Shown here piece by piece: positions 1-12,608 of a DNA stretch of 64,000 nt (the stretch's first letter is position 1; every line of letters begins with the position of its first letter). The stretch lies in contig JBHGNT010000141.1 of NCBI GenBank assembly GCA_043228905.1, positions 1 through 64,000 on the forward strand, given 5' to 3'. Under the pieces are notes generated by a model, which made no database searches, was not told where the DNA came from, and worked only from the letters and a program-made list of their open reading frames with translations. The DNA is from Azolla caroliniana. Lineage: Eukaryota > Plantae > Polypodiophyta. A program made the translations under genes and the position numbers.

Positions 1-21
1 TCGAGAAGGCGATGAACGCCC

Positions 22-240
22 GAGGATCCTTCACACCGGTTCTAGAGACTTCGGCAGTCGGCAACGCGGTCGACGTAAGACCAAGATACTGACGGTGGCG
101 GCGAGGTGACGAAGGCAAAAGGGGTACAGATGGGCGGTCGGCGGAGGATCCTTCACACCGGTTCTAGAGACTTCGGCAGTCGGCAACGCGGTCGACGTAA
201 GACCAAGATACTGACGGTGGCGGCGAGGTGACGAAGGCAA
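22..240 (+). repeat. 122-bp-period direct repeat within the LTR region, with diverged copies near 336, 522, 882 and 1242
   Basis: GAGGATCCTTCACACCGGTTCTAGAGACTTCGGCAGTCGG... starts at 22 and again at 144; the related GGATCC-CACACCG motif recurs downstream. Confidence 0.9.
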
Positions 241-2148
241 GGGCTACAGCAAGGAGGTATCAGGCCGGCGAAGCGGCCACGAACCAAATCAGACCTTCCG
301 GCAAGGTCAGTGGGCGTAAGGAAGTCCGGTCCTACGGGATCCCCACACCGGTTCCAGAGACCCCGATTGTTCGGCCAACGTGGCAACGTAAGACCGAGGG
401 AGAAGGAAGGTGGCGGCGGGAAACGGGACCCGACTACGCGGAAGACACGAGGAGAATCCGGGAGGGACTCAAACAAAAGACACCCGAATTACGGCAAGCA
501 TAGAAACGAAGTCCGGTCCTATGGGACCCTCACACCGATCCGGAGACTCCGGCAGTTCGGCCAACGTGGCGACGTGAGACCGAGAGAGAAGGTTGGTGGC
601 AACAGGGAACGGGACCCGACAACACGGATGTTTCGGAAGGAGCCGATAGGGCAAACACAGGGAGGTGTGTCAGGCCGGAAAGGCACACCTTGGACGGAAT
701 AAGAGTCTCGCAAGTGGCCATCGCGGGCCGGATCAAAGCGTGACTACGGGACGGTGTTCGATGCAGGCGGGGCCGAACGAAGGAAGCGAAAGACGGCACA
801 AGAGAGGTGCTGGGAACGAGGTGACAAGTGCCTAGTGGACTGCATAGGGTCGGAATCAGGGGATGGCAAGAGAGGCCGGAGGAGGATCCTCCACACTCGC
901 TTCGTAGATCTCGGTAGCTCCGTCGAAGTAACGAAGACTGACACGGCAAGCCGGGATGACAAGCTGGTGGGGGCGAGGGGACGACGGCAAGCGGAAGACT
1001 CAGGACCTGTTGCAGCAGCACGAAGACAGGAAGGGCCAAGCGGGCTACTACGGGGTGTTCCTCGGATGCAAAGGACACCGGTATGCGGGTGAGCGGCGAT
1101 GCACGATCTAGCCGGAAAGAGTGCGACACAGGTGGTGCCAATCAACGAGCGAGGGTATATGGCACACGGAGGTGCCGGAGCGGAAAGGCTAGCGCGGAGA
1201 TAGGTTGCGCGGTTCGGAGGTATCACGGAGAAGGCCGGAAAGGGATCCTACACACCGTTCCGGAGACCATGGCGGTTCGAGCCGACGCGGCGATGTAAGA
1301 CCATGGGGAAGGAAGGTGGCGGCGAGAGGACGAGGGCAACGCGAAACGACATGGGACGGCAATCAGGACGACGCGAATGATCAACGGAGGCCAAGCGGGC
1401 CACTACGAGCTTTCCTCGAACGGAGGACATCGGTCATATGGCGGGAAGCGGGGCGTTCATACGGCCGAACAAGGGCCAACGGAAGTATGCGTACTACGGA
1501 GATCGCGGCAGAGGACCCATCGACGGGTCGAACGAGCCTACGGGGAGGCGAGCGCGAAGGAAGACTCAAAGCCGACGGGTCGAACCGGCAGCGAGCCGGG
1601 ATGCGGATCACGGAAGACCGGTTTCTCACCGGCCGAAATCTCTCACCCTTCAACCGGATTTGGCACGTACTGGAGGACGTGCAGTTAAGTGGGAGCGGAT
1701 GTCGTGAAGAATTTCGGCCAGAGGTGGAAACCGGGGAACATTGGCTACATCGGCGGGGTGCAGCATGTGTACACACCCGTGTAAATTTAGTGTGAATATC
1801 GAGGGCGCCTTTATGGCGCCGAAGAGTAGTCAAGTCGGGACAGACGATCCCATGTAAGTCAGGATTTGTCCCACATTGTAACGCATCTCTTTCCTTGTTC
1901 TATAAAAGGAAGGGAACGCCCTTTGTGTAAGGGTTGCCCATTTTGCAATAGAGGGTATACCGTTAGGTTTAGAGTTAGGTTCTTCTTCTTCTCCTTCTAC
2001 GTGTTTCGCTTAGGGTTTGCTTGGTTCGGCCTCTTGTGCAAGACCCCGCTCGGCGCGACGAGCTGAGAGCTCCCCGACGGCGGCTTGACAGCAGACGACT
2101 ACTATAACCTACGTCAGTCCGGCTCGACGCCGGGAATGTATTCTTCCC

Positions 2149-2185
<37 letters not shown>

Positions 2186-2494
2186 GTTTGTCTGTGTATA
2201 TTCGGGTCGTTGTTGGCGTCGGGTGCTTACCCTTTCCTGCGTTTTCTGTACATAAGGCGTGAGTCGGGTTGTGCGTGTGTGCGTGTGCGTGTGCGTGAGT
2301 CGGTGTTAAGCATGCTCTCTCTCTCTCTCTCTCTCTCCCTTCGGTTGCTTCCGGTGTGTCTCTGGGATGCCCCAGAAACAGTGAAGCACGACTTCCTACG
2401 CTCCATCACTCTCTAGTCCATGACCCCCGTGGTCCCGCCTTTCTCCACGCACACGCGTAACAACGCGACAACGCGCGTAACAATGCGACATCTT

Positions 2495-2512
2495 TGGTGA
2501 ACCCGACGTGAA
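2495..2512 (+). promoter_or_regulatory. Primer-binding site complementary to the 3' end of cytosolic tRNA-Trp
   Basis: TGGTGAACCCGACGTGAA is the reverse complement of the plant tRNA-Trp 3' end as I recall it (...TTCACGTCGGGTTCACCA). It lies between the LTR end and the gag-like ATG. Confidence 0.8.
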
Positions 2513-2535
2513 CGGGGCAGCAAAGGAGTCGAAAG

Positions 2536-2748
2536 ATGAGGGGATCAGAGCTAGCAGAGGCAATGGCGGTGGCCGTCGACCGGCTGGTGAGCGCTCGTGA
2601 GGGGACGGGTACCCTCGACAGAGCCATTGAATCGATCGTTGGCTCTATAGGCCGTTTCAGAGGGAAAGACGCCACAAGTTATTTGGAGGCTTACCGGGCC
2701 AAAATGATCATGAGGGATATCCCGGTGGACTCTAGTTTTTTCAACTAG
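2536..2748 (+). pseudogene. Truncated gag-like ORF of the LTR element
   Basis: Starts 24 nt after the PBS; the F-x-G-K-D-A-T-x-Y-L segment resembles retrotransposon gag N-termini; breaks off at ~2730. Confidence 0.6.
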
Positions 2749-4057
2749 TGTTGTAGGAAATCTGATAAAAAAACCATATATGTGCCTATTTACTCTTGCA
2801 TGCTTTCAATGGATGTAAATACATGTGGGTTTTTCCATTATCTTGTCACTTTTTTGGGTAACAACTTTGGACTCTTGTCTTTGCAATAAATATAATTTTT
2901 ATTCTTTAAGGATTCCTAATGAATAACATGCGCACTCAAATAGGAACCTTGACTCATAACTTTTATTTACTCATTGGAATTCTTATGGGAACCTTTGGCA
3001 TCTATAAAAAAGCAAAGAAATATAAGCACATTTTGAATTAATGTTATTCTTAATTCAGAATAGATGATAAAGCAATTTACACCTTTGGTTGCTTACTTCC
3101 TAATTGCAACTTGAAGTTGGGATGTATGTCACGATTGTTGGCACAAATTAAAATATGGATAGATAAATGGTTGTATTATTGACATACATGAGAGACTAAT
3201 ACGATATATGGTGGCAGGACTAATTTTTGGAGTTTTCTCAATTTGATGATTTTGATTCTACGATGTAAACAGTCAAGTGAATGCCAAAGAAAGAGGAAGA
3301 GATTTGAACACACATGTGGGAATGTGTGTGCATGCATACGCATTATTACTAATAAACTAAACAAGTTTTGAAACAGCACAAGAGGTGCAAGATTTCCATT
3401 ATCAATCAATTCTTTTGTATTTATTCTCTATATATAGAATCTAGTACACGCTTGCTTATACATTGTCTGCAATGGTGGGTAAAAAGGTGTGTATATCATG
3501 GATATGGTTATTATCACGTACAAGTTAAAGATTAGATGTTTGGTAAAGGGTTTACAAGTGGACAATTCCATCGTCTTATGTCATTTCTTCAATACGAAAA
3601 GGGCTTCACATATTTTATGGATCCTAAACTCATTTGTCAATATGCAGTTTATGGTGTGTGGATGGCATGTTCAAAGTATAGGAATGTTTTTTTACTTTTT
3701 TTACTTTTTTTACTTTCTTTATGGATTTGAGGACACTCATTTGAAGTTAAGATAATTTTCTCTTGACTTTTGACAATTAGGCTAGAAATGGTTGCAATTT
3801 AGCATATTTCCTAATAATGGGGGTTTTGTGGGATCATTAGGAAGTAGGACATGACTTTTAGTGTATTTTCTTTAATAAAATATCATTTCTAAGGTATTGA
3901 AATCCTCAATAATACAAAAAATGGATCCAAAATTCACAAGTGTGAAGTAATCACGACAATAATGCATGTAAATGAGAAAATTAATATACTTTCTTTGAGT
4001 TATACATTTTAAGCGTGGTTGAGGTAAGAAAACATGAATAAACACTCATAGAAAAAA

Positions 4058-4361
4058 GGGAAAAGTACCAAGATACCCCTGGAAGTTCGTCTATTTACCA
4101 AAATGCCCCTGGAAGTTCCAAATTTATCAAACTACCCCTATGTCCAAAAAATTACCAAAAAATTACACTCAAATCTACAAGCCCTATTTACCAAAGTTGG
4201 AAGAAATGGACCCGAACTAGCCCTATTTACCAAAGATTTGAGTGTATAATTACTTTATAAAGTGTAATTTTTTGGACATAGGGGTAGTTTAGTAAATTTG
4301 GAACTTCCAGGGGCATTCTGGTAAATAGACGAACTTCCAAGGGTATCCTGGTACTTTTCCC
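4058..4361. mobile_element. Mutator-like MITE (304 bp, ~100-bp TIRs, 9-bp TSD)
   Basis: Ends GGGAAAAGTACCAAGATACCC... and ...GGGTATCCTGGTACTTTTCCC; TAGAAAAAA on both sides (4049-4057 and 4362-4370). Confidence 0.9.
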
Positions 4362-4910
4362 TAGAAAAAATGAAGGTATTCATTGACCAAGATGAACTGT
4401 AATTTAAGGTAGGAAAATATAACCAAGCAATCATAGAAAAAATAAAGGTAATCAACATGAAATGTATGCAATGTCCACCTTATAGAGTCATGGATGATAA
4501 ACATTGATAAAGGATTAAGTAATGCCATGGGTCCATCGATGTGAAAGTTGCAATATAAAGATATTTTTCAATGCTCTTTTTAGCCAATTACAAATGGTAA
4601 ACTTAGACTACTACTTCTATGAAGTAAATGTAAGAGGGTTTGAAGAAAACTCAAAATATCTCTATGAAAGAATGAAATACTAAACAATCATAGACGAGCA
4701 TAAGAATCTGAGTCCAATTATCAACATTACAAAGTTCCTTTTCCTTGTGTTTTCTACCTTTTCTCAAAAAATTGTTGGCATCAAAAGTTGAGGGGATGAA
4801 TACAACATCAATAATTCTCTATTGAAATCCTAGAATTGAACTAGGAATGTTGAAGCGAATATATAAGTTCCTTTGGTTGATGTAAAATTAAAGAATATCA
4901 TTTAATCTAT

Positions 4911-7049
4911 GGATGGACATTGATCACTCATAACACTACAATCTACTTGTGGACAAAATAAAAGCGAAGTTAATATAGTGGAATGCAAGAAAACTCTCCT
5001 TTACAACCAAGATTGTGATTGCAAATCAAGTTCTAATGGCCACAATATGGCATACTGCGGCATGTTGGATAATCGCACCCAAGTCGATGAAAGTGATAAA
5101 AAGGCTGATCATAAATTTCTTATGGGGGGGCACAGAAGAAAAACATGCTTGTGCAAAGGTTGCATGGACTACACTCATAAAAGTTAAAAGTGAAGGTGGG
5201 GTGGGACTAATAGATCCTGTGGTGCAAACAAAGGCCTTGTTAGGTAAATTGGTGGTCAGGAGCTTGCAACCACCTGAGGCATCTTGGAAAATTCTCTGGC
5301 AACGCAAATGGAAGATGTGGTTGCCAAGACATGGTGGAAGTTGGCCAAGTAGCGCTTTTTGGGGGTTTGAGCCAGAAATGCGACCCAAATACCGGGGATG
5401 TACACAGAGTATATGTGTTGTTGGAATTATGAAGGCATGGAATGAAATAAGAAAGGGAATCATTTGTAGGTGGAGAAATGATGCATATGCTCGACTGTAC
5501 ATGCCTATTGTTTGGAACCCATTAATTAGAGATGTGAATGGGCTGATGATAGGACAAAAAGCAGGCTTCAAATGGGCCAATTTAATCAATGCCCAAGGGA
5601 ATACATTAGCAGATTGGAAGAGATTTCTATGTAATGATGTGGACACTCAAAAGGCTAGAATATGGAGGATAAACATGGGTAAATGCATGCTAATGAGGAT
5701 TATAGATGCCTTTGCACGCAGCGGGCAAATCTTGGAAGATGCAGCCATAAGTTCCTCTGAAATGGAATGGACAGGACTTATCAATGCTGAAAATTATCTA
5801 ATTGGAATTAAGGGAATGAAAGTCGGATCTAATGAGGCATGCTACTAAAAAATAGAGCATAGAATGGTAATATGTGAGCAACCAGCCTATCAAACTAAAA
5901 GGCCAATTAGGTTGCTTGCAAAAAATGGAAAGGATATGATAGTTGACCCCGAGCCGAGTGAGCTCAAACCAACGACACTGTGTTGGCCGATAGAAGGGCA
6001 TTCAAATAAAAGCTATTATGGGACCCTGCGATGTATTTCGAGAAAACTCAAGGTCAAAGTTGGTGCCAAGTTGGTGCAATTTTTCAGGTACAACACAAAA
6101 ATCGGGAGGCAAATTATACTAAAACAAGAACACAAAGATATTGTAGCTCGTAAATTTTGGATACAAGAGGGCATTAGTGAAAGGAGATTAGCTCAATTCT
6201 GGAAAATGATATGGCATGACATCAGTGACCGCAAGATAATGATGTGCTTATGGCTTATTGTGCATAGAGCCTTGCCAATAGGGGCGTGGGCTAAAGGCCC
6301 CAATGTTGACCCTAGATGTAGTGCATGTGGACAACTAGAAAGCATTTCCCATTGTCTCTGGGAATGTCATGAGGCTACAGTTGTATGGAGAAGGGCATTA
6401 CAATTGCTTTGCCATGCCTCTAGCTCATTTACCCTCAATTGAGGACATGCTTGTTGGAATTGTCTTGATGATGACATACAGAAATTTGATAGCACATGTA
6501 CAACTATGTACATAGGGGAGAATGGAACTATTCGATTGATTGTTGGTAACAGTGCACCTAGAAGTAATGCCCAAAAGCAGAAAATTGAAGATCTATGGAT
6601 GTTGCTAGCACCCATTATCATATGGAACATTTGGACCGCAAGATGTACCAGGGTATTTTCAGCAAATAAACGGCCTCCAACAGAATCTATTAAGTTAATA
6701 TGGCACACACTAATAACTACATTGAGGGCCCAATATGAGCGGATTGATGGAACAGATGATGCTTCAGAATTAATGAGGCTGAATTTCAGAAAACGATGGT
6801 GTACTACACCGATGACTGCAAAAATTGGAGTGGATATACGATGGCAGTACGTAGTACCGAGATGGTTGTTCCCCCCTCCCATTAGATGATAGAGGGGCGT
6901 GAATGACACGAGAAACATGGAGAACAAACATGTGGGATATTTAGTGTAAGATAAATAAGTGATGTAGCCCATATGGAAGTAGGTAATGTCTAAAGTTGTG
7001 TATTGTATGTCATTTTAACTAATGGAGTATATTCTTCTTTGGGAAAAAA
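4911..7049 (+). mobile_element. 5'-truncated L1-type LINE (ORF2 C-terminal part with zf-RVT), short A tail and 17-bp TSD
   Basis: ORFs 5015-5848, 5864-6442 and 6506-6889 share one frame broken by stops; motifs WNARKLS, NFLWGG, KVAW..L...K.EGGVG and CSACGQLESISHCLWEC; A-run at 7044-7051; AATATCATTTAATCTAT at 4894-4910 and 7050-7066. Confidence 0.92.
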
Positions 7050-8974
7050 AATATCATTTAATCTATATGAGTTTTGTAAACCAAAGACAATGCTTGTATG
7101 CCAAAGAGAAACATGGTAAAAGGGCACCCATTGGTTCCAAAAAAAGGATGAGATTTAGAGGATCCCTTGAAAATCATCAAGTAAAACTAGGAAAGATATG
7201 GTTTCCACAATGTTAATTTTCAAATCAATGTTGGGGATCATAACTTGGCATATAAGTGTGAGCAAGAGGTTTTCACAAAGGCTTGGTCTAGAAATAAATC
7301 ACTATACAAGTTTCAGTATACACCTTTACATATTCACCATCTATCAACCACCTACCTATTCACAACACTTACATCATACACATGATTGATCATTTTATGA
7401 GGGTTTCACCACGCATCACCCAACCATTAACAACTTAAAGTTTCAACTAGGTTTTGGTGGGTGTGAAGTTTGAACACTTATTTCTTGAACAATCGCAACC
7501 ATTTATTGCATTGCAATATATCAAGCAAGAGGTTACCTAGAGGAAATGTCGTAGAATCATGTTTATAACATAGATAAGTCAACATAAAAAAATTTAAGAA
7601 CACAAAAAGAACTTCATATTGTCAACTTGGACCTTAAACAACATGAAATTTTAAACCAAAGTTCCAAATTTATCAATAGCATGATCACTTGTAAATTATC
7701 TTTGTACGACTCAAAGGAGGCAAAAAGGTAGTTTCTTTTATAAGAAACATATATTCCCCCTCTCATGTAGAGATCCTTCTCAAACATTGCAATTAGAAGG
7801 AGAAATCAACGTTCTTTTTAAATAGAAGTTCTCTACCATACATATGTGTTCTTACTTGTGTCTATTTCACAAGCTCTATATAGAAATTTTGTGACATCAC
7901 AATGACAATAGGTTCGAAAATCCTAGGGCAAAGCATGAGGGGACCAATACATTTGATAATGAAGAAAACATTAAATAAAAATAACAACTTGAGTGCATGC
8001 CTTGACCATTCATGTATTCAAAAGATTGTTTCCAATACACAAAAAACAATGTGTATACCTTGTGAAACAAGCCTCAAAGTCAATAAGAAAATCATCTACT
8101 CAACGAGTTGAGAAAGAGCAAGACAAGAGTATTGCATCTTATAAAATGTGCTATATAGTCTTAGTTTGCGGGCAAAGTTCATGTGTGCACTCATTTGGTA
8201 TGTGAGTTGAGGGTGTGAACTTAAGAGGGTATGCCAAAAACACATATCCTGGTAATGAGAAAAGAATTTTAGTAATTTGATAGAAAGATTGAGAACTTTG
8301 AAATGTAACCTCATGTGTGATGATGAAATGCACCTCTCTTACCATTGAAGTGGCAAGTATGGCCAACTTTTCGTGTGTGGACTTGATAGAGTTACCTCAT
8401 GGTATAATGATGAGATGCAACTCTCTTTCCCTTCACGTTAGGCATCTCCTTGTCACTCTCAGATGCATACTTATATTTAGGGAAGTTTTCACTTCTTTGT
8501 GTATGAAGAAAGTATGTTTGCACTTTCTCAAAATTATATCGATATATTCTCGACCCAAAAAAACGACGTTTTATTCCAATAAAAGAAGCATGGTAGACTA
8601 CCTCTCTCTACTCAATTAGAGATTTGTTTCCTCTCTTTTTAAAAGAAAAGAAAAAACCATGCATTTCTATTAATTGTACGAAAGGTCTATTAGAATTACT
8701 ATTGTAGCCTAATTCGGAGGATAATGAAAGAACAAAGTAATGAAATCATTACAAACACACTATGTTATGTATCCTCGAGACCTCTATGAAGAAGAAGAAC
8801 CCATGTAGCAGAACGTATCAACAAGACATGTATTGGCATACAAGATTATGTATGCTAACAAAAAAATCGTAAAAGAGGCAAGGTGAGATTTCTGTCCTTT
8901 CCTTATTTCTCAATGCTCACACACACACTCACTCTCTTTCTCTCTCTCATCCCCTCATAAGTCTTTGATATGCT

Positions 8975-9095
8975 ATACAAGGTCACACCAACAAAGAAAT
9001 CGAAGAAACTACGTGTATTCCCATACAAGGTCACACCAACAAAGAAATCAGAGGAAATACATGAATTGACATACAAGGTCACACGAACCACGAGA
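8975..9095 (+). repeat. ~48-bp-period tandem repeat (about 2.5 copies)
   Basis: ATACAAGGTCACAC recurs at ~8975, 9023 and 9071. Confidence 0.75.
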
Positions 9096-9624
9096 TCGAA
9101 GAGGTGAGATTTCTTTCCTCCTTCTATCTCTCTCTTTCTCTCTCTCACTCTCATCCCCTCTCATAACTCTTTGATCGGAATGGGTTATTTGACAGAACAT
9201 AGAAATAGATTTCGGAGAAAGGCGGAAATCTACATGCAATTTGAATATTGAGACCATATGAATAGATAGGTTTGAGAAAAGACTTGGTATTAGACCTTAG
9301 TAGGAGAAGAAGAAGGGTGGAGGTTTTCAATAAAGTAAGGGATATAAATGTAAATTTATAGAAGGTGAAGGATACATTTATCAGTATGTGATAATAAGAA
9401 GAAGTATACATCCTTATAAGTTATACATATTAACATCTGAGAGAGAGGGAGAGAGACACTAAGAATAAGATGGTATTTGATGAAGACCCTGTTCCTATAA
9501 CACAAAAAGACTCTGTTCTTGTCAATCTCAATGAAACTCCTCTTCCTTTACATGAGCTAATCATTGTTGGTGTTCACAATACAGCTGAAGAGCAGAGGAT
9601 TAATAGGTATGTGGATCATTTTTT

Positions 9625-9627
<3 letters not shown>

Positions 9628-9700
<73 letters not shown>

Positions 9701-9735
9701 TGTATGTATGAGACAGATAGACAGACAGAAACAGA
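9628..9735. repeat. Compound microsatellite (AT)n(ATGT)n(AGAC)n upstream of the NAL1-like gene
   Basis: Directly visible. Confidence 0.9.
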
Positions 9736-9859
9736 GTGATTGTAGAATTCCATGGATGCTTTTTTATATATTAGAGAGAGAGGAGATAGCATTCAAAAGA
9801 TGAAAAGGGTTGAATTTGCTCTCATTGTTGCTATTAGGGAGATTAGTAAGAAGATTGAG

Positions 9860-12608
9860 ATGCCTAGTCAAGCAGCCCTAGCAACAACTTCTTCTTCCCC
9901 GATGATATCAGAAGATGAAGGTTCAGCTCTCGATTGCGACCTCACATTATCGCCATCGACCGCTATCAGGGCATTTGCAACATCAGTAGGGAGGGAAGAG
10001 ATGAACCAAAAGCACTCAAATGACAATAACACGGCTGCCTATTTCTTATGGCCGGCTTCATATCGGCCCCATGGCCGTGCCGAAGACAGGACAGCATACT
10101 TCCACGGTCTTCAGAAAGAGTCTGATGATGTGGAGATGAGTGAAAAAGTTCCTTGTGGACAACAAGCAACAACTTTGTTGGATGTCATGACCATCCGAGC
10201 CTACCATAGTAAAAGACTCCGGAGAGCAAGCCTTGGGACTGCCGTCGGATTTCGGACCAGAAGAGGAGCCTTGACTTCTATCCCGGCCATCATTGTCCTT
10301 GTTGCTCGGAAGGTCCATACAGCATGGCTCCACGATGGCCAACGACTTCCCGTATACCTCGAGGTGAGCTGTCTCGGATCTTGTCATCGTCCAAATGAAA
10401 TGAGATGTGATGTGATGCAATAAGCCTCTCTTCTTCTTGAAAAGTGTATATATATAAATATAAATATATTGGTGAAAAACTCCTAGATGCCGCAAAGCTT
10501 TTTCTCTATTTCCCCAGACATTCCAAACTTTTCATTATTTCTTCAAAGGCACTTGGACAACCCCTGAAATAAAGAATAGTGGTGAATGAATTGACCATAC
10601 AATTTCTTGAATGCATGTAAAATTTAAATGCTGGAGATTGGGTTAACCGAGGGATTTGGGCAAATGAAGAAAACCCCGGGGGGGTATTTCAGATTTTACC
10701 CAAACACATATAATTCTGAAAAAGTAGTGTTTTTAAATATTGAAGTTCTATCAAGGAGATCAATCAAGTAATAGTTGTTGTTTTATACAAACAAAGGCTC
10801 AACAATTTCTTGTTCTCTCAAGGGGCCAGGAGGTATATGGTGTGATGTGGATGTGGTAGAATTTGCATACTATGGAGCTCCAGTGATTGCTCCAAAAGAG
10901 CAAGTTTACACCGAACTCGTGGAAGGCTTACGTGGAGGTGATCCGTGCATCGGCCCTGGATCTCAAGTACGAAATTCATCCGAAAATAACCTAAAAGTCT
11001 CAAAAAAACTTAAACCCTAGACCTCTGAAAAGCACTATGATGGACATTTTTCTGAAATTCCTTACTTTTGTTTTCAGCCTTTTGTCTTGAGGTAGTTGTT
11101 TCTTGTCCAGGTTGCAAGTCAAGAAACGTATGGCACCCTCGGAGCCATTGTGCAAAGTCGCGTAGGTGCTCACCAGGTGGGCTTTCTGACGAATCGTCAT
11201 GTGGCTGTCGACTTGGATTATCCAAACCAAAAGATGTTCCATCCTCTTCCACCTAATGTTGGTCCAGGTGTTTACCTTGGGGCAGTAGAAAGAGCAACCT
11301 CTTTCATCACCGATGAGAGATGGTATAGTATCTTTGCAAGTCTAAACCCAGGTGTGTTCTCTCTCAGATTTAAACTTTAAGGAAATTTACGAAAGTATCC
11401 GTCGTGCATTTGGAGAATTCTGAAAACACTAGGAAAATCTTGAGAGTTACATGAAAATGAGGGGTATTTTGGTGAATTTCCAAAACTAACATTATATATT
11501 GGTCACTTTGTTTTTTGAATGTTACCAGAGACATTCGTCCGTGCTGATGGTGCTTTCATCCCATTTGCTGAGAGCTTTGACATGTCTAGAGTTACGACCA
11601 CTATCAAAGGTGTGGGTGATATGGGGGATGTCTATATGATAGATCTGCAAGCTCCCATTAGTAGTGTTGTGGGTAAGCAAGTGGTCAAAGTTGGTAGAAG
11701 CTCGGGGCTAACTAAAGGTAGCATTATGGCATATGCTCTAGAGTATAATGATGAGAAAGGCATCTGCTTTTTCACTGACTTTCTCATTGTGGGTGAGAAT
11801 AAACAAGCCTTTGATCTAGAAGGGGATAGTGGTAGTCTGGTGTTGTTGGTTGAAGAAAAGCCTAGACCTATCGGAATCATATGGGGTGGCACTGCAAATC
11901 GCGGACGATTGAAACTAAGAAGTGGTCATGGACCTGAGAATTGGACAAGTGGAGTCGATCTTGGGCGCCTTCTACAATGCCTACAACTTGAATTGATCAC
12001 AAGCGATTCTTCATTAAAAGGCAAATCTCTATCAATGAAACCTTTTAAAATTCCCCCCAAATGTTTTGAAATTTTCAGGGTCATTGACAAGATTCATGAG
12101 GGGATAACGACTGTGCTAAATATCTTTGATGATCAAAAAAGCAAAACTTGTTTCTCTATTATGCTGAAATGTTGTTTTCTAATCTAAATATAATGTTTGA
12201 GACAATATGATTTGCTGTCTATGAGCAGAAGCTATTCAGCACCAAAAGCGCATGTCATCGAGTGATATGGTTGTGGGAGAATGCTGTTCAAAGTATTTTG
12301 CAATGAGCGAGGCGAACCGACCTTCTTCTTTCATGAATTCTTTCCTTCAAGTAGAGAGTCACATAAGTCAAGTGGCCCATGGAGATGTGGTGAGCTTTGA
12401 GAACAAGAGTGAAATGGATATAAATGATGGAGCAACATTAGTTTGCTCCAGGGACAAGGAGCCGATAGATTTCATGAAAGAATTGGATTTTGGAATGCAA
12501 CGGAGAGAATATGGGCAGCACGCAGGTCTACCGGCATTGCATAAAGTGTGCTATGAAGACATTTCTTCCAGCTTACATCTATCAAATAGCAGGCCTAGTT
12601 GGTTATGA
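9860..12608 (+). CDS. NAL1: NARROW LEAF 1-like trypsin-family serine protease, 5 coding exons, ~586 aa
   Basis: Exons 9860-10363, 10823-10966, 11111-11351, 11529-12020, 12229-12608 (1761 nt, phases close). Family motifs TIRAYHSKRLRRASLGTAVGFR, GPGGIWCDVDVVEF, VASQETYGTLGAIV; triad motifs TNRHVAVD / RADGAF / GDSGS intact. In-frame upstream ATGs (9752, 9800) leave the start uncertain; intron 4 needs a GC donor. Confidence 0.92.

Larger units (their letters stand above)
1..2730 (+). mobile_element. Truncated LTR retrotransposon: long GC-rich probable 5' LTR (ends ...TGCGACA at 2490), tRNA-Trp PBS, start of gag-like ORF
   Basis: GC-rich block with internal repeats; TATAAAAGG at 1901; CA end at 2490 followed 4 nt later by TGGTGAACCCGACGTGAA; ATG 2536 opens MRGSELAEAMAVAVDRL...FRGKDATSYLEAY; abrupt switch to AT-rich DNA at ~2730. 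The LTR start is not visible and probably lies upstream of the window. Confidence 0.8.

Noticed and set aside
22-600. Repeat-spacer appearance resembling a CRISPR array
   Set aside because: Units are ~100 bp or more, irregular and diverged; eukaryotic context with no cas genes.
31-1833. Many overlapping ORFs on both strands in the first 1.8 kb
   Set aside because: Explained by GC-rich repetitive LTR sequence; no recognisable domains.
5026-6972. Minus-strand ORFs of 206 and 201 aa
   Set aside because: Antisense shadows of the LINE ORF2.
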